A stretch of DNA of 64,000 nucleotides from Candidatus Sedimenticola sp. (ex Thyasira tokunagai) (GTDB taxonomy: Bacteria > Pseudomonadota > Gammaproteobacteria > Chromatiales > Chromatiaceae): positions 184,598-248,597 of the forward strand of contig CP134874.1 of assembly GCA_037318855.1 (NCBI GenBank). Direction: 5' to 3'. The translations under genes and the position numbers were made by a program. Shown here piece after piece: positions 42,221-53,834 of this stretch; within the stretch, counting starts at the first letter, position 1; the number at the start of each line of letters is the position of its first letter. The notes beneath the pieces were generated by a model. That model had not been told where the DNA came from. It was given only the letters and a program-made list of their open reading frames with translations, and made no database searches.

Positions 42221-43779
42221 CGAATGGCACTAAGTTAAGCCTGCTTTGCAGTATATCGGCTGCGATGTGGGATCTCGATCATTTCATGCCGTGGAGCTGT
42301 TAAAAGTGCATAGGGCTTTGCTCTTCGTTTGATACATCTCGGCTCTCGCCTACCTGGACGAGAGGTGATGACATTGGCGGCAATGGCTTGAGTTAATGCG
42401 ACAATCAAGCGGCGTCTTTCCCTGTCATTTATATCTGTCCTATTGAACAAGGGTTCCCATTGCCTCAGGGCCTGGATCGTGGCTTTGAAACTGATCTGTC
42501 TTGGTCGTTGATCGACTGCACCAGCAGCATCGAGCATCAACAGTCGGATGGCATTGTAGGCTATCAGGTGCATGAGGATTTCTTTATGTACCATAGCCGG
42601 GGTACGGCAGCGCAGGATATCCATCCCCATAGTAGTTTTTATGTCTCGAAAAAGAGTTCTACATCCCAGCGCTTGTAGTACAGATCGGCTAATTCTGCAG
42701 CGCTGTACTTCGATACATCTGTCAACGTGGTGACAAGATAAAAGGACTTAACGCGAAAACCTGGTGTATCAACAGTAATCTTAATTTGCCGAAGGATAAG
42801 CTGCTCAGGCAGCGCCTGCCATTGCTCTTTGCTGTAGCTTAGTACCTTGTTCCAACGGGGTTTAGGCCACTGGATAAGCAAATCATCAGCGCCTAAAACT
42901 TTAATGGCTGATGAGGCCTCGACCGGTGTGCGGCGTGCCAGAGTGAGTATCGAGTCAATCCCACCCTGCTGGAACTTCCAGACATCGTAGTAACTGCAAA
43001 AACCCTTGTCTCCGAGAAAGATGTCACCGGGCTCAAAAGTTTCCATCTGCTGGCGTAGCAGCGGTAGTTCCTGCTGCTTCCTGTTCCCAGTGCGATAACT
43101 CAGCAAAGCACCTGTTTGTAGACAAAAGCAGGCACATACACGTGCCTGTGGAAAGCCACAACCAGGCTTTTGTATGGCCTGCTGTGGCCAGATAGCCTGG
43201 TTAGCCTGCGTATCCGGCATGCTTACACCGGTACCGTCTACTACAACGACCCGTCGTTGTTTCCACCATTGGCTGCGGCCACGTTTGCTGTAGGCCCTCC
43301 GCAGTATGGGAGAGGATCGACTCCAGGCAGTCTTGCTCAAGTTTGGCACGTGCCTGACAATAGGCAGAAGTCGATGCCGATGGGGTTGGCATGGAGCGGG
43401 CTGCGGCGAATGCTTGGACCTTACGAACGACTTCCTGGCAGCCGCCATCCGCATCAATAACTTGAGAGAAAAAGGCCCAGAAGGTATTCGCTTTGCTGAA
43501 CAAACGGCGGCGACTGAATACGCCTCTTGCATCCGATTCCAATACTGTAGATGGCAATATTCTTGAAAACAGATCGCCCAATTGACTGAGCGAATGGCGG
43601 CGGATGCGCGCTCTTTCATCAGCTAGTATCTGACTTGGTGAACGCGGTTTGCGGCGCAGGGTGGAAAGATGAAATCCGGGTAGCAATAAGGTCTTGTTTT
43701 TCATGCCCAATTGTCTCATTCTGGGCATAAGGCAGCACTCAATAATTCGTGCAGATTTAGCTTAACTTAGTGCCATTCG
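42221..43779 (-). mobile_element. IS4-family insertion sequence, 1559 bp, 9-bp TSD
   Basis: Terminal IR CGAATGGCACTAAGTTAAGC; flanking direct repeat GTACTGACC at 42212-42220 and 43780-43788. Confidence 0.92.
42235..43728 (-). pseudogene. IS4 DDE transposase, split by two frameshifts
   Basis: VVDGT, LGDKGF, YYKRWDVELFF and VHKEI...YN (YREK) motifs spread over three frames. Confidence 0.88.
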
Positions 43780-43811
43780 GTACTGACCCCTTTTAACGTG
43801 TCAGTTGCCTT

Positions 43812-43894
43812 GTAGGAGCGACTTCAGTCGCGAAGGAATTTGGCACATTGTTGGAGCCTGGTGCGATGTCTATCGCGACTGAAGTCGCTCCTAC
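43812..43894. repeat. GTAG-type REP doublet
   Basis: GTAGGAGCGACTTCAGTCGCGA ... TCGCGACTGAAGTCGCTCCTAC. Confidence 0.85.
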
Positions 43895-43901
43895 AAAAGA
43901 G

Positions 43902-44699
43902 TTATCTCCGATGGAGCTCAACGCGCCGAAGGCGCAGCTGTTGGCGGTTTTGGTAGCAGAAGAGGCGGGCCTGACGCTGCATGGGTGTTGCTATCTGCTT
44001 TCCCAGGATTTCTGCCTGATGGATAAACTGTTTCTGCTGGATCTTGGGTAAACCGCCGTCAAAGGCGAAGGCGACACAGTTGCCGTCGGGGATATCAACG
44101 GTGAGTGTCTGTTGGTCGAACACCTCTTGCAGCGAGTGGTTGAGGGCGAAGCTGGTGGCACCGGCGCCGAGCCAGAAATTGGCTACCAGCACTCCTCCCG
44201 GTTTCAATACCGAACGGCAGGCGGCGAGGTAGCTCTGCTGAGCCTGCTGCTTATCCATACCGCCGGCGAGATAGAGGTCGGTGAAGAGGAGGTCGGTCGC
44301 TGGTGGATTATCGAGAAGGTAGTCACCGGCATCGGCAATATGGATATTGAGCCGTTTATCCCGGGGTAGGTCGAACCACTGGTGGGCCGCCTCGGCGACT
44401 ATCGCACGCTGCTCAACGGCATCAATACGGCAGTGGGGCAATAGATGGAAGAGGGTGCGTGCCAAGCTGCCGCCGCCAAGACCAAGGAGAGTGCAGTGGT
44501 GCGGTCTGTCGACAAACAGATAGCCGAGTAGCATCAGCTGGGTGTAGCGGTGGTAGAGGTGCAGCGGCTGTTGGGTGTCGTAGGCGCTCTGCTCTATCTC
44601 GTTACCAAAAGTAAGCACTCGCTTACCGGCATCCTCAATAACGCTAACGATTCCAAGCTCGTCATGGGCGCGGTAGAGTTCTTTTCCCGGTGGCTTCAT
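43902..44699 (-). CDS. Spermidine synthase-like SAM-dependent methyltransferase
   Basis: LLGLGGGSL, IDAVE, LFTDLY motifs. Confidence 0.8.
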   Translation of the reverse strand: MKPPGKELYRAHDELGIVSVIEDAGKRVLTFGNEIEQSAYDTQQPLHLYHRYTQLMLLGYLFVDRPHHCTLLGLGGGSLARTLFHLLPHCRIDAVEQRAIVAEAAHQWFDLPRDKRLNIHIADAGDYLLDNPPATDLLFTDLYLAGGMDKQQAQQSYLAACRSVLKPGGVLVANFWLGAGATSFALNHSLQEVFDQQTLTVDIPDGNCVAFAFDGGLPKIQQKQFIHQAEILGKQIATPMQRQARLFCYQNRQQLRLRRVELHRR

Positions 44700-44742
44700 G
44701 GATCACTGAGGGGCGTACGGAGCGAACTTCCCGCATGGCCCA

Positions 44743-46398
44743 CTAGCTGCGCAGCAAGGTGTTAACCAGCAGCAATCCACCAGTCACGGCCAGAGCGATA
44801 CCGGCGACAGTCACTATTGTTGCCGGCAGCAGCACGCTCGGCCCCAGGGTCAGCATCAAGCAGCCGGAAATAAGCATGGCGCCACCGCTGATGGAGGCTA
44901 GGGTCTGCTGCCTGCTCTGTAGCAGGTCCCGGCGCAGCTTCTCCAGTTCATCCGATTGCCACTTCAGCTCCAGTCGGCCGTTGGCGGCGTCACTCAGCAC
45001 TTTGTGGGCAAGCAGCGGCATGTCGGCGGCGTGCTCGGTCATCTGCGGCAGGTTTTTCTTAAGCTTGCGGGCGAACGCCTTGGGGCCGACCTGCTCCTTC
45101 ATCCATCGCTCCAAAAACGGCTTGGCGGTGGACCAGAGGTCAAGCTCGGGGTAGAGCTGACGACCAAGCCCCTCGATATAGAGCAGGGTTTTCTGCAACA
45201 GCACCAGCTGAGGCTGAACCTCCATGTCGAAACGGCGGGCGGTCTGAAAGAGGTTGAGCAGGAAGTGGCCAAAGGAGATCTCACTCAGAGGCTTGTTGAA
45301 GATCGGCTCGCAGACGGAGCGAATCGCCGACTCGAACTCCTCCACCCGTGTGCCCCTGGGTACCCATGCAGACTCCACATGCAGCTCAGCCACTCGCCGG
45401 TAGTCGCGGTTGAAAAAGGCGAGCAGGTTCTCTGCCAGATAGCGTTGATCTTCGCTGGTGAGGGCGCCGACGATACCAAAATCGACGGCAATATAGCGGC
45501 CACCGGGCTCGACAAAAATATTGCCGGGATGCATGTCGGCGTGGAAGAAGTTATCGCGAAACACCTGAGTGAAGAAGATCTCGACCCCCTGTTCGCCAAG
45601 CTGCTCCATGCTGATGTTCTGGGCCTTGAGGGCGGCAAGATCACCCACCGGGATGCCATGAATGCGCTCCATCACCAGTACATTCTTGTGCGTGTAGTCC
45701 CAGTAGATCTCCGGCACATAGAGGATGTCACTCCCCTCCCAGTTACGTCGTAACTGAGAGGCGTTGGCGGCTTCGCGCTGGAGATCGAGCTCATCGAAAA
45801 TGGTCTTTTCGTAATCGGCGACCACTTGTAGGGGGTGCAGCCGTTTGGCCTCTTTCCAGTAGCGGTTGGCGAGGCCGGCGATGAGATAGAGCAGGCCGAC
45901 ATCGCGGCGGATTATCTTCTCGATATTGGGCCGTAGCACCTTCACCACCACCTGCTTGCCATTTTTCAGTCGTGCGGTGTGAACCTGGGCAATAGAGGCG
46001 GAGGCCAACGGTATTTCCTCGAACTCATCCAGCACATCCTCAATGGGGTGGCCAAACGCCTTTTCGACAATCCGGCGCGCCTCAATACCGGAGAAGGGGG
46101 GTACAGCATCCTGCAGCTGAGCCAGCTCTTCGGCAATATCATCAGGGAGCAGGTCACGGCGAGTGGAGAGAATCTGGCCAAACTTGACAAAGATGGGACC
46201 AAGATCCTCCAGTGTACGGCGCATCCGCACCGGGTAGGGGGGAAGACTGTTGCGCCGCAGCCAATACCAGGGAGAGAGATAGAGTATAAAGCGGACCGGA
46301 CGGAACAGATGGGTGACGAGGATTACCTCATCCAATCCATGGCGCAGCAGTACCCAGTTAATATGCAGCAGGCGCAGGGCGTCTCTAGGGCGGATCAC
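44743..46398 (-). CDS. ubiB: Ubiquinone biosynthesis regulatory kinase
   Basis: [32 protein letters not shown]. Confidence 0.96.
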   Translation of the reverse strand: MIRPRDALRLLHINWVLLRHGLDEVILVTHLFRPVRFILYLSPWYWLRRNSLPPYPVRMRRTLEDLGPIFVKFGQILSTRRDLLPDDIAEELAQLQDAVPPFSGIEARRIVEKAFGHPIEDVLDEFEEIPLASASIAQVHTARLKNGKQVVVKVLRPNIEKIIRRDVGLLYLIAGLANRYWKEAKRLHPLQVVADYEKTIFDELDLQREAANASQLRRNWEGSDILYVPEIYWDYTHKNVLVMERIHGIPVGDLAALKAQNISMEQLGEQGVEIFFTQVFRDNFFHADMHPGNIFVEPGGRYIAVDFGIVGALTSEDQRYLAENLLAFFNRDYRRVAELHVESAWVPRGTRVEEFESAIRSVCEPIFNKPLSEISFGHFLLNLFQTARRFDMEVQPQLVLLQKTLLYIEGLGRQLYPELDLWSTAKPFLERWMKEQVGPKAFARKLKKNLPQMTEHAADMPLLAHKVLSDAANGRLELKWQSDELEKLRRDLLQSRQQTLASISGGAMLISGCLMLTLGPSVLLPATIVTVAGIALAVTGGLLLVNTLLRS

Positions 46399-47012
46399 TT
46401 GGATTCTCCTCTATGTTTTAGGCGCTCAATGCGTGCCTGCAGTCGCTCGACGTCATTTCGCAAGGTATCGACCTGATTCAGAAAGCTGTCTGTCTCCGGC
46501 TTCATTGGCAGCAGTTGCAGCTCCTCCTGGAGATACTCCTGCAAGTCGAGGCCGAGAGTGTCAATGCTGCGTCTGCCCCAGTGGCCGACACCACGGAACA
46601 GGTTGCCCACCTCGTGGGCGACGATATCGCCGGTATAGCGAGAGAGCTGCTCCTCCCAGTCGATATCGATGGCGGCAAGAATTTTGCCGAAGCTGTGGGC
46701 CAGATCGGTATCGCCGCTAATCTCCACGCTGCCGTCAAACAGCTGATCGGAGCTCGCCCGCTGGTCAGTCATACGAAAGAGCGCAAAGGGTGTACCGCGT
46801 AGGCGACAATCCGGCTCTCCCTCATATTGGGAGAGCAGCTGCATCCGGGCCGGGCCGGGTATGAAATAGAGTGTCTGACCCAGTCCGGCCATTTCAAAGG
46901 CGATGACCCGGCCATGATACTGCCGCAGCTGTTCAACGGCATGGGGGTCCAGGGCGAGGTAGCGGTTGATCGCCTCCTCTAGCCCGGCATAGGTAAGATC
47001 GTGGATGGTCAT
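46395..47012 (-). CDS. ubiJ: Ubiquinone biosynthesis accessory factor (SCP2)
   Basis: SCP2 fold, [12 protein letters not shown]; lies between ubiE and ubiB. Confidence 0.9.
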   Translation of the reverse strand: MTIHDLTYAGLEEAINRYLALDPHAVEQLRQYHGRVIAFEMAGLGQTLYFIPGPARMQLLSQYEGEPDCRLRGTPFALFRMTDQRASSDQLFDGSVEISGDTDLAHSFGKILAAIDIDWEEQLSRYTGDIVAHEVGNLFRGVGHWGRRSIDTLGLDLQEYLQEELQLLPMKPETDSFLNQVDTLRNDVERLQARIERLKHRGESK

Positions 47013-47094
47013 TGTCTATTATTGAGCCTGATTATTACTGTTATTTACAAAGTTGTAGAAAATCTTTTATCACACGATATAACTTGAAAAGACG

Positions 47095-47345
47095 GCTCCC
47101 TCGCCCCATCGGGAGAGTGTCGTAAAAGCACCAGCCCCTTCTCCCTACGAAGGGTGTCGCAAAGGTCCCCTCGCCCCACCGGGGAGAGGGCTAGGGTGAG
47201 GGGGATCAATAGGTGACTTATTGATTTGATACACCCTCATCCTAACCTTCTCCCTCGTAGGGAGAAGGGATTGGAGCTTTTACGCCACCCTCCTACGAGG
47301 GAGAGGGGACTTTTACAAGACCCTCCGTAGGGAGAAGGGGCAGGA
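47095..47345. repeat. Cluster of CCCTC/GAGGG-type palindromic repeats
   Basis: CCCCTCGCCCCACCGGGGAGAGGG, CCTTCTCCCTCGTAGGGAGAAGGG and related copies between ubiE and ubiJ. Confidence 0.8.
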
Positions 47346-47360
47346 GTTTTTGCTGATCCC

Positions 47361-48110
47361 CTACAACTTAAATCCACGATGTACTGCGACGATACCGCCG
47401 GTCAGGTTATGGTAGTCGCAACGCTCCAGTCCGGCCCGTTCCATCATCTCCTTCAGGGTCTCCTGATCGGGGTGCATACGGATCGACTCGGCAAGGTAGC
47501 GGTAGCTCTCTTCATCATCCGCCACCATCTTGCCGATCTTCGGCAGCAGGTTGAATGAGTAGATGTCGTAGACACTCTTCAGTGCAGCCCCCTGGGGGTG
47601 TGAGAACTCCAGTACCAGCACCCGGCCACCCGGTTTAAGTACCCGTTGCATCTCATTCAGTGCACGCTGCTTGTCGGTGACGTTGCGCAGGCCGAAGGCG
47701 ATAGTAATGCAGTCGAAGCTGTTGTCCGGAAAAGGAATCGCCTCGGCATTCACCTGGGTGTAGCCGATATTGCCCACCAGACCGTCATCGGTCATGCGGA
47801 TGCGCCCCTGCTCCAGCATGGCGGCATTGATATCGGTCATCACCACCATACCTTCCGGCCCTACCAGTCCGGCGAAACGGGCTGCCAGATCACCGGTGCC
47901 TGATGCGAGGTCGAGGACCTTGTGGCCGCGGCGAATGCCGGCCAGCTCCACGGCGAAGCGTTTCCACAGGCGGTGTATACCGAACGACATCAGGTCGTTC
48001 ATGATGTCGTAGCGTGAGGCCACCGAGTCGAATACCTGGCGCACACGGCTGGCTTTCTCGCCTTCCTGCACCGTTTCATAGCCGAAATGGGTGGTGCCTT
48101 TATCTGTCAT
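47361..48110 (-). CDS. ubiE: Ubiquinone/menaquinone C-methyltransferase
   Basis: [33 protein letters not shown]. Confidence 0.97.
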   Translation of the reverse strand: MTDKGTTHFGYETVQEGEKASRVRQVFDSVASRYDIMNDLMSFGIHRLWKRFAVELAGIRRGHKVLDLASGTGDLAARFAGLVGPEGMVVMTDINAAMLEQGRIRMTDDGLVGNIGYTQVNAEAIPFPDNSFDCITIAFGLRNVTDKQRALNEMQRVLKPGGRVLVLEFSHPQGAALKSVYDIYSFNLLPKIGKMVADDEESYRYLAESIRMHPDQETLKEMMERAGLERCDYHNLTGGIVAVHRGFKL

Positions 48111-48204
48111 GGGATACTTCTCGTCTGTAGGACTGGGTTGCTTATGTGCCGTTGGGCACGGATTTGGCGTAGATTCTACTTGTTTTTGCTGCAGTGAGGT
48201 AGGT

Positions 48205-48345
48205 GCTGTGGGAGCCCTGCGCTTGGGGGATGGAGTTTGGTAGGGATTGTGCGGCGTTCATCGCGGTCCGAGAGACCGCTCCTACAGAAACATGTGGAGT
48301 GTATGTGGTGGCTTGATTGTAGGAGCGCTTTCTCGAAGCGCGATG
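48205..48345. repeat. GTAG-type REP copies
   Basis: GAGAGACCGCTCCTAC and GTAGGAGCGCTTTCTCGAAGCGCGA; related copies at 48764-48818 and 49282-49348. Confidence 0.75.
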
Positions 48346-48385
48346 GAGTTTGGCAGAGATTGTGTGGTGACCATCGTGGTGTAGT

Positions 48386-48718
48386 TTAAAACTCCATCAT
48401 CAACAGCTCCGCCAGATCGGGCTGCCAGCAAAACTTGCCCATCTTCACACGGTTATTGAGTACCACCACGCCCTCTTCCTGGAGGAGCCCCTTCTGGAGC
48501 AGTGCCTTGTTTGAGCCGATGGGGAAAGCGATCTGACCGTTACTGCGAAGGACTCTATACCAGGGGAGGGCCATCTCACCAGGTGCCTGTCCCAGTGCAC
48601 GGCCCACCATTCTTGCCCTGCCGGGCAACCCGGCCAGATCCGCCACCTGGCCATAGCCGGCAACCCGTCCCCGGGGGATGAGTTGAACCGTCTGCCAGAT
48701 GCGCTGGTGGTGATTCAT
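48386..48718 (-). CDS. MGMT-family (Atl/YbaZ-like) DNA base-flipping protein
   Basis: IPRGRVAGYGQVA, LPWYRVL (Trp replacing the catalytic Cys of PCHRV). Confidence 0.85.
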   Translation of the reverse strand: MNHHQRIWQTVQLIPRGRVAGYGQVADLAGLPGRARMVGRALGQAPGEMALPWYRVLRSNGQIAFPIGSNKALLQKGLLQEEGVVVLNNRVKMGKFCWQPDLAELLMMEF

Positions 48719-48871
48719 CGAGTGCCACTTATGTAAATGCGGGCTACCTGGCACCTATTGGAACGCTTTCTCGAAGCGCCATGGGTATTTAATCGCGCTT
48801 CGAGAAAGCGCTCCTACGGTAGATTACAGGCTTTATTGTGCAGAGCCATGAAAACATGGACTGGCTGGAGC

Positions 48872-49237
48872 TTAATTAGGCTCTTTACGCTTATGCCCCG
48901 CCGCTTCAAGACGTGCCAGGTAACTCTTCCAGTTCTGCTCCTGGTTTGCACCGAGGTCGTAGAGGGTGTCCCAGGCGTAGATGCCGGTGTTGTGCTCGTC
49001 ATCGAAATGGAAACAGACGGCATAGTTACCCACCGGATCGATATGGGCGATGTTCACATCCTCTTTACCTATCTGCAGGGTCTCCTGGCCGGGGCCGTGA
49101 CCCTGAACCTCGGCAGAGGGGGAGAATACCCGCAGATACTCGCACGGCAGATTAAAGTGGGCGCCGTCATCGAAGGTGATTTCGAGCACCCGGGACTGGC
49201 GGTGCAGGTTCAGCTCTGTTGGTACATGCTTGGACAT
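48872..49237 (-). CDS. DUF971 / gamma-butyrobetaine hydroxylase N-terminal-like protein
   Basis: EYLRVFSPSAEVQGH, VGNYAV, HNTGIY; start ATG 49237. Confidence 0.88.
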   Translation of the reverse strand: MSKHVPTELNLHRQSRVLEITFDDGAHFNLPCEYLRVFSPSAEVQGHGPGQETLQIGKEDVNIAHIDPVGNYAVCFHFDDEHNTGIYAWDTLYDLGANQEQNWKSYLARLEAAGHKRKEPN

Positions 49238-49377
49238 GGTGTAACTCCTGAAATGAATTTGTCTGAAAACCGCAAGGTCTCTGTAGGCGCGAACTCGTTC
49301 GCGACCGGCTCCGGGGTGCGTTCTTCGCGAACAGGTTCGCACTTACACCGCGTTACAGGGCTATTATGCATAGACCG

Positions 49378-50715
49378 CTACAGAATAAACCGGCTCAGAT
49401 CATCGTCTGCCGCCAGCTCCTTGAGGTTGTTGTCTACGTAGACCTCATCGATAGTGACGGTGGAACCGGGCACCTCGGAAGCGGTGTAGGAGATGCTCTC
49501 CAACAGTCGCTCCATAACAGTGTGCAAGCGGCGGGCACCGATATTCTCGGTGTGCTCATTTACCTGCCAGGCAATCTCTGCAATACGGGAGATTCCCTTT
49601 TCGCTAAACTCCAGTGTCACCTCTTCGGTGGCCATCAGTGCAGTGTACTGGTCGGTCAACGAGGCATCGGGCTCGGTGAGAATACGGGTAAAGTCATCAC
49701 TGGTGAGCGCTTGCAGCTCAACACGAATCGGCAGGCGGCCCTGCAGCTCGGGAATCAGGTCCGACGGCTTTGACAGGTGAAAAGCACCAGAGGCGATGAA
49801 GAGAATGTGGTCGGTCTTCACCATGCCCGCCTTGGTGGAGACAGTGCAGCCTTCCACCAGCGGCAACAGGTCGCGTTGCACTCCTTCACGGGAGACATCC
49901 GGGCCGCCATATTCGGAGCGGCTGGCCACCTTGTCGAGTTCGTCGAGGAAGACGATGCCGTTCTGCTCCACCATCTCCTGGGCTTTCAGCTTGAGGTCAT
50001 CATCGTTTATGCGTTTGGCCGCCTCTTCATCCTGGAGGATCTTCAGGGCATCCACGATGCGCATCTTGCGCTTGCGGGTGCGGCCACTACCCAGGTTCTG
50101 GAACATCCCCTGGAGCTGGTTGGTCATCTCCTCCATACCGGGAGGAGCCATGATTTCAACGCCCATCGGTGTTTGCGAGACATCTATCTCTATCTCTTTC
50201 TCATCCATCTCACCGTTACGGATCTTGATGCGGAACTTGTCGCGGGTGGAGGTGGCGAGGGGGGCGGGTTTGTCGTCGCCCTCCCAGGTGCTGTTTGTGG
50301 GGCCCGGCAGCAGTGCATCCAGCACCCGCTCCTCGGCGGCATCAGCTGCTTGGTCCTGTACTTTTTCAAGCGCCTGCTCACGCACCATCTTTATTGCTGA
50401 ATCTGCAAGATCGCGGATTATGGATTCAACATCGCGACCAACATAACCAACTTCTGTAAATTTAGTCGCCTCAATCTTAATAAACGGGGCATTGGCCAGC
50501 TTAGCCAGGCGGCGGGCGATTTCGGTCTTGCCGACGCCGGTTGGCCCGATCATCAGAATATTCTTGGGGGTAATCTCGTTACGCAGCTCATCACCCACTT
50601 GGGAGCGACGCCAGCGGTTGCGCAGGGCGATGGCAACAGAGCGTTTGGCATCGGATTGGCCGATGATGTGTTTGTCCAGTTCGCGGACAATCTCTTGGGG
50701 GGTAATTTCAGACAT
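49378..50715 (-). CDS. hslU: ATP-dependent protease ATPase subunit
   Basis: [29 protein letters not shown]. Confidence 0.98.
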   Translation of the reverse strand: MSEITPQEIVRELDKHIIGQSDAKRSVAIALRNRWRRSQVGDELRNEITPKNILMIGPTGVGKTEIARRLAKLANAPFIKIEATKFTEVGYVGRDVESIIRDLADSAIKMVREQALEKVQDQAADAAEERVLDALLPGPTNSTWEGDDKPAPLATSTRDKFRIKIRNGEMDEKEIEIDVSQTPMGVEIMAPPGMEEMTNQLQGMFQNLGSGRTRKRKMRIVDALKILQDEEAAKRINDDDLKLKAQEMVEQNGIVFLDELDKVASRSEYGGPDVSREGVQRDLLPLVEGCTVSTKAGMVKTDHILFIASGAFHLSKPSDLIPELQGRLPIRVELQALTSDDFTRILTEPDASLTDQYTALMATEEVTLEFSEKGISRIAEIAWQVNEHTENIGARRLHTVMERLLESISYTASEVPGSTVTIDEVYVDNNLKELAADDDLSRFIL

Positions 50716-50730
50716 AGTGATTTAAGGTGC

Positions 50731-51276
50731 TCAGGACTCGCAGTCCAGCTCCTCGATAGTGAGATTATGATTGGTATAGACGCAGATATCGGCAGCAATG
50801 CCGAGGCCCTTTTCAACGATGGCGCGGGCGTCCAGTTCAGTATTCTGTAACAGGGCGCGGGCCGCCGCCTGGGCAAAAGGCCCGCCGGAGCCGATGGACA
50901 TGAGGCTCTCCTCCGGCTCGATCACATCGCCGGTACCGGTAATGATCAGCGAGGCGGTTTTGTCCGCCACCACCAGCAGCGCCTCCAGACGGCGCAGGGC
51001 ACGGTCGGTGCGCCAGTCCTTTGCCAGTTCCACTGCCGCGCGGGTGAGGTGGCCGTGGTGTTTCTCCAGCTTGCCCTCAAAGCGCTCGAAGAGGGTAAAG
51101 GCATCGGCGGTGGCACCGGCAAAACCGGCCAGTACCTGATTTTTGTAGAGTCGGCGCACCTTGCGGGCGTTACCCTTCATCACCGTATTACCCATGGAGA
51201 CCTGACCATCGCCCCCGATCACCACCTTGCCGTTACGCCGGATGGAGAGAATTGTTGTGCCTCTGAGTGGCTCCAC
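50731..51276 (-). CDS. hslV: ATP-dependent protease peptidase subunit
   Basis: [26 protein letters not shown]; GTG start 51276. Confidence 0.97.
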   Translation of the reverse strand: MEPLRGTTILSIRRNGKVVIGGDGQVSMGNTVMKGNARKVRRLYKNQVLAGFAGATADAFTLFERFEGKLEKHHGHLTRAAVELAKDWRTDRALRRLEALLVVADKTASLIITGTGDVIEPEESLMSIGSGGPFAQAAARALLQNTELDARAIVEKGLGIAADICVYTNHNLTIEELDCES

Positions 51277-51485
51277 GCTGTATGTCCTCAAAAAAATCAG
51301 GGGGAACGTATTGTAACTGATCAAGATGGGGCGAAAACAAGGGAATTCAAGGGGCGAGGGTCTATTCAGAACATCTATATGAGGTATCTGCTCACCATGT
51401 CTCCCAGCCCCCAGACGGCCGTACAGATAATCAGAAGAGTAGCAGACGCTTACCTATTCGGGCGGGTGGAGAGAGTGCAGCCTTA

Positions 51486-53288
51486 CTAGGCCATCGACGG
51501 GTCGGTCTCCTCTGTCCGTTGTGACCAGTCAACCTCTTCAAGTGACGCCAGCGTTTTTTCGATCAGTATCTCCGTTGTATCGCCCTGGGCAAGATCCGAG
51601 ATCCCAAACCTGACTCTGTTTGCCAGCCCCACCTTCTTCGCGTGATCCTGAATTCGTCGTACTAATATCATAGCGCCGTCGGCGTTGGTGTTAGTGGTGA
51701 CTATACCGATACCACGGCTACCATGGTGCCCGGACAGATCACTGGCGCGGGTCTCATCGCCGACAATTTCCGCCAGTGTGGCGAGGTCTTTTGATGACGA
51801 GCCATCCTCTTTCTTTGGGCCTGTGTCTAACATCACCATGCTCAACTCCATACCATAGCGTGTTGCCCTACCGATCTCATTGCCGACGATCTCTTCAAAT
51901 ACCGATGGAATATAGAGGTGGGTGATGGGGTTCTTTTCAACAATCTGCTGGAATTGCCGTGCGAGCTCCTCCAGGTCAGGCTCCGGATCCTGCTCCCGGC
52001 GGTCGTTCTCGAAGCCTTCGTGATGGTAGTGTAGGTAGGCCATCATAAGAAACGAATAGAGGAAGATGGAGAGCAGTACATTACCAATGACGATAGCCTC
52101 AAACATCTCCCGATATGCAAACGTCTCGGGCAGGGAGTGGGCCATGATGATGGCAAGGCCCCCCTTCATGCCGGCCAGGGTCAGGACGGCCGCCCAGCGC
52201 TTTGGCAGGGAGGTAAGAGTGATAAACGGGAAGACAAAGAGTGCGCGTATCAGGGTGATTAGAATGAAGACCACAAGAATCTCTGGCCAATAGGTGAGTA
52301 TGCGGTTGAAGTCCAGCAGGTTGGCCATGCTGATAAAGACCACGGCATTGGCAAATAGCCCGAGGTAATGCGCCTCTTGTTTATAAGCGATGAATCCGCG
52401 GGGGGTCAGGGCGGGCACCCGTTTTATCAACTCAATCACCAGTTCGTAATATGAGTTTGGGTCCTTGATCGGGGTGGCGGATTTATCGATAGAGTAGGCA
52501 ACGATCTCACGGGTGGTTATATATTTAAGCCCGATAATAGCCGCAACGGTGGCGAGAATACCGGATAGATGCCAGTGCTCGGCAAGGACGAAGGAGAGAA
52601 TCGCCACCAGATAGATAATGATGAACTGCTCAACCGGATTCTTTATCATCTTCAGGGCAAAATAGCCCAAACCGCAAGCCACCAGCCCCACCACAACCGA
52701 GTAGGTGAGCACCTCGAATACCACTATATTGATACCCGCCAGAGTTACGTCGCCCCCCGTCAGCAGCGGCAAGGCGATGAAGTAGAAGATAATCAGCGCA
52801 GTGACATCATTAAAAAGGCTTTCACCCTCGGCATAGATCTTTAGCTTGGAAGGCAGAGTAAAGCGGCTGAAGAGACTGGATACGGTGATTGCATCCGTCG
52901 CCATAAGCATGGCAAAGAGTGCAATCAACATCCCCGCTGTAAAGCCGTAGTCGGGGAGCAGATAGGGGGTAATGCCCGTGGCGATGCCGATGGAGGCGGC
53001 TACGGCAATGACCGCCAGATAGAGAAAAACCCACACGTGCCGACGAACCTCTTCAACGGTAAGGCCGAGCAGATCCGGAAGCAGAATCAGCGGCAGCATC
53101 AGGTGAAGAATTTCATCAAAATTGGCACCCAGCGAGATGAAGATCTCCGGGAAAGTGAGGCGCAACAAGTAGGAGAAGATGATCAACGCCAGGGCAAAGG
53201 GGATTTTGACCACCTCCTCGGTCACCCGCGAGAGCAGGATAATCAGAAGGACACTGGTGAGTAGTATGATCATTAAAGAAGACTCCAA
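51486..53288 (-). CDS. CPA1 (NhaP-like) cation/H+ antiporter with C-terminal degenerate GGDEF domain
   Basis: ATDAITV and EGESLFND CPA1 motifs; C-terminus NPITHLY...ATRYGMELSMVMLD...RASD...VRFGIS. Confidence 0.85.
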   Translation of the reverse strand: MESSLMIILLTSVLLIILLSRVTEEVVKIPFALALIIFSYLLRLTFPEIFISLGANFDEILHLMLPLILLPDLLGLTVEEVRRHVWVFLYLAVIAVAASIGIATGITPYLLPDYGFTAGMLIALFAMLMATDAITVSSLFSRFTLPSKLKIYAEGESLFNDVTALIIFYFIALPLLTGGDVTLAGINIVVFEVLTYSVVVGLVACGLGYFALKMIKNPVEQFIIIYLVAILSFVLAEHWHLSGILATVAAIIGLKYITTREIVAYSIDKSATPIKDPNSYYELVIELIKRVPALTPRGFIAYKQEAHYLGLFANAVVFISMANLLDFNRILTYWPEILVVFILITLIRALFVFPFITLTSLPKRWAAVLTLAGMKGGLAIIMAHSLPETFAYREMFEAIVIGNVLLSIFLYSFLMMAYLHYHHEGFENDRREQDPEPDLEELARQFQQIVEKNPITHLYIPSVFEEIVGNEIGRATRYGMELSMVMLDTGPKKEDGSSSKDLATLAEIVGDETRASDLSGHHGSRGIGIVTTNTNADGAMILVRRIQDHAKKVGLANRVRFGISDLAQGDTTEILIEKTLASLEEVDWSQRTEETDPSMA

Positions 53289-53834
53289 CTCCGCCAGCCA
53301 GAATCAATCAGAGAATTCATTAGCCGGATTTTTCTGGGTCAACTCTCTCCATTGAGGAGCATGTTGCATTATACAGTGCTGTTTTAACCGCACCGGTGTA
53401 TCCAACCCCCTCAATCATCAGCTAACGGGGCGGCACTATCAGTATAAAGAAAAAGTATAGCACTCCGTTTACCAGTCAGGACGATCCCGTAGATAATTCG
53501 AGTTCTGACTTTCTTCTCCTTGGTCCCGTTCACCTGCTGTGTAGTCGTCTTCGACACGCTGGATAATGGACTTGCTAAAAGGGGATCAAAAATCACCTGG
53601 ATGAATTATGAATTGGCCAAGGTGCGGGTAAAAGCTGTGGCGTATTCCCTATCTGCCTTGCTGAGGAAGAAGCCTGCCTGTAAGTCTGCAAAATTGCGTC
53701 TACACTCAAAAGACGTTTTATGCAGTCATGTAGCTTGTGGTTTTCCTTGTAGGTGGGATGAGGCAGGGCACCGGTGTCAGAAGGGTATGTCCTGAACAGT
53801 AAACAATAATAGTCAGGCCAAGTGGTGGATAATT

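Noticed and set aside
43840-43858. Sigma54 promoter TTTGGCACATTGTTGGA
   Set aside because: It lacks the -12 GC and lies inside a REP doublet spacer.
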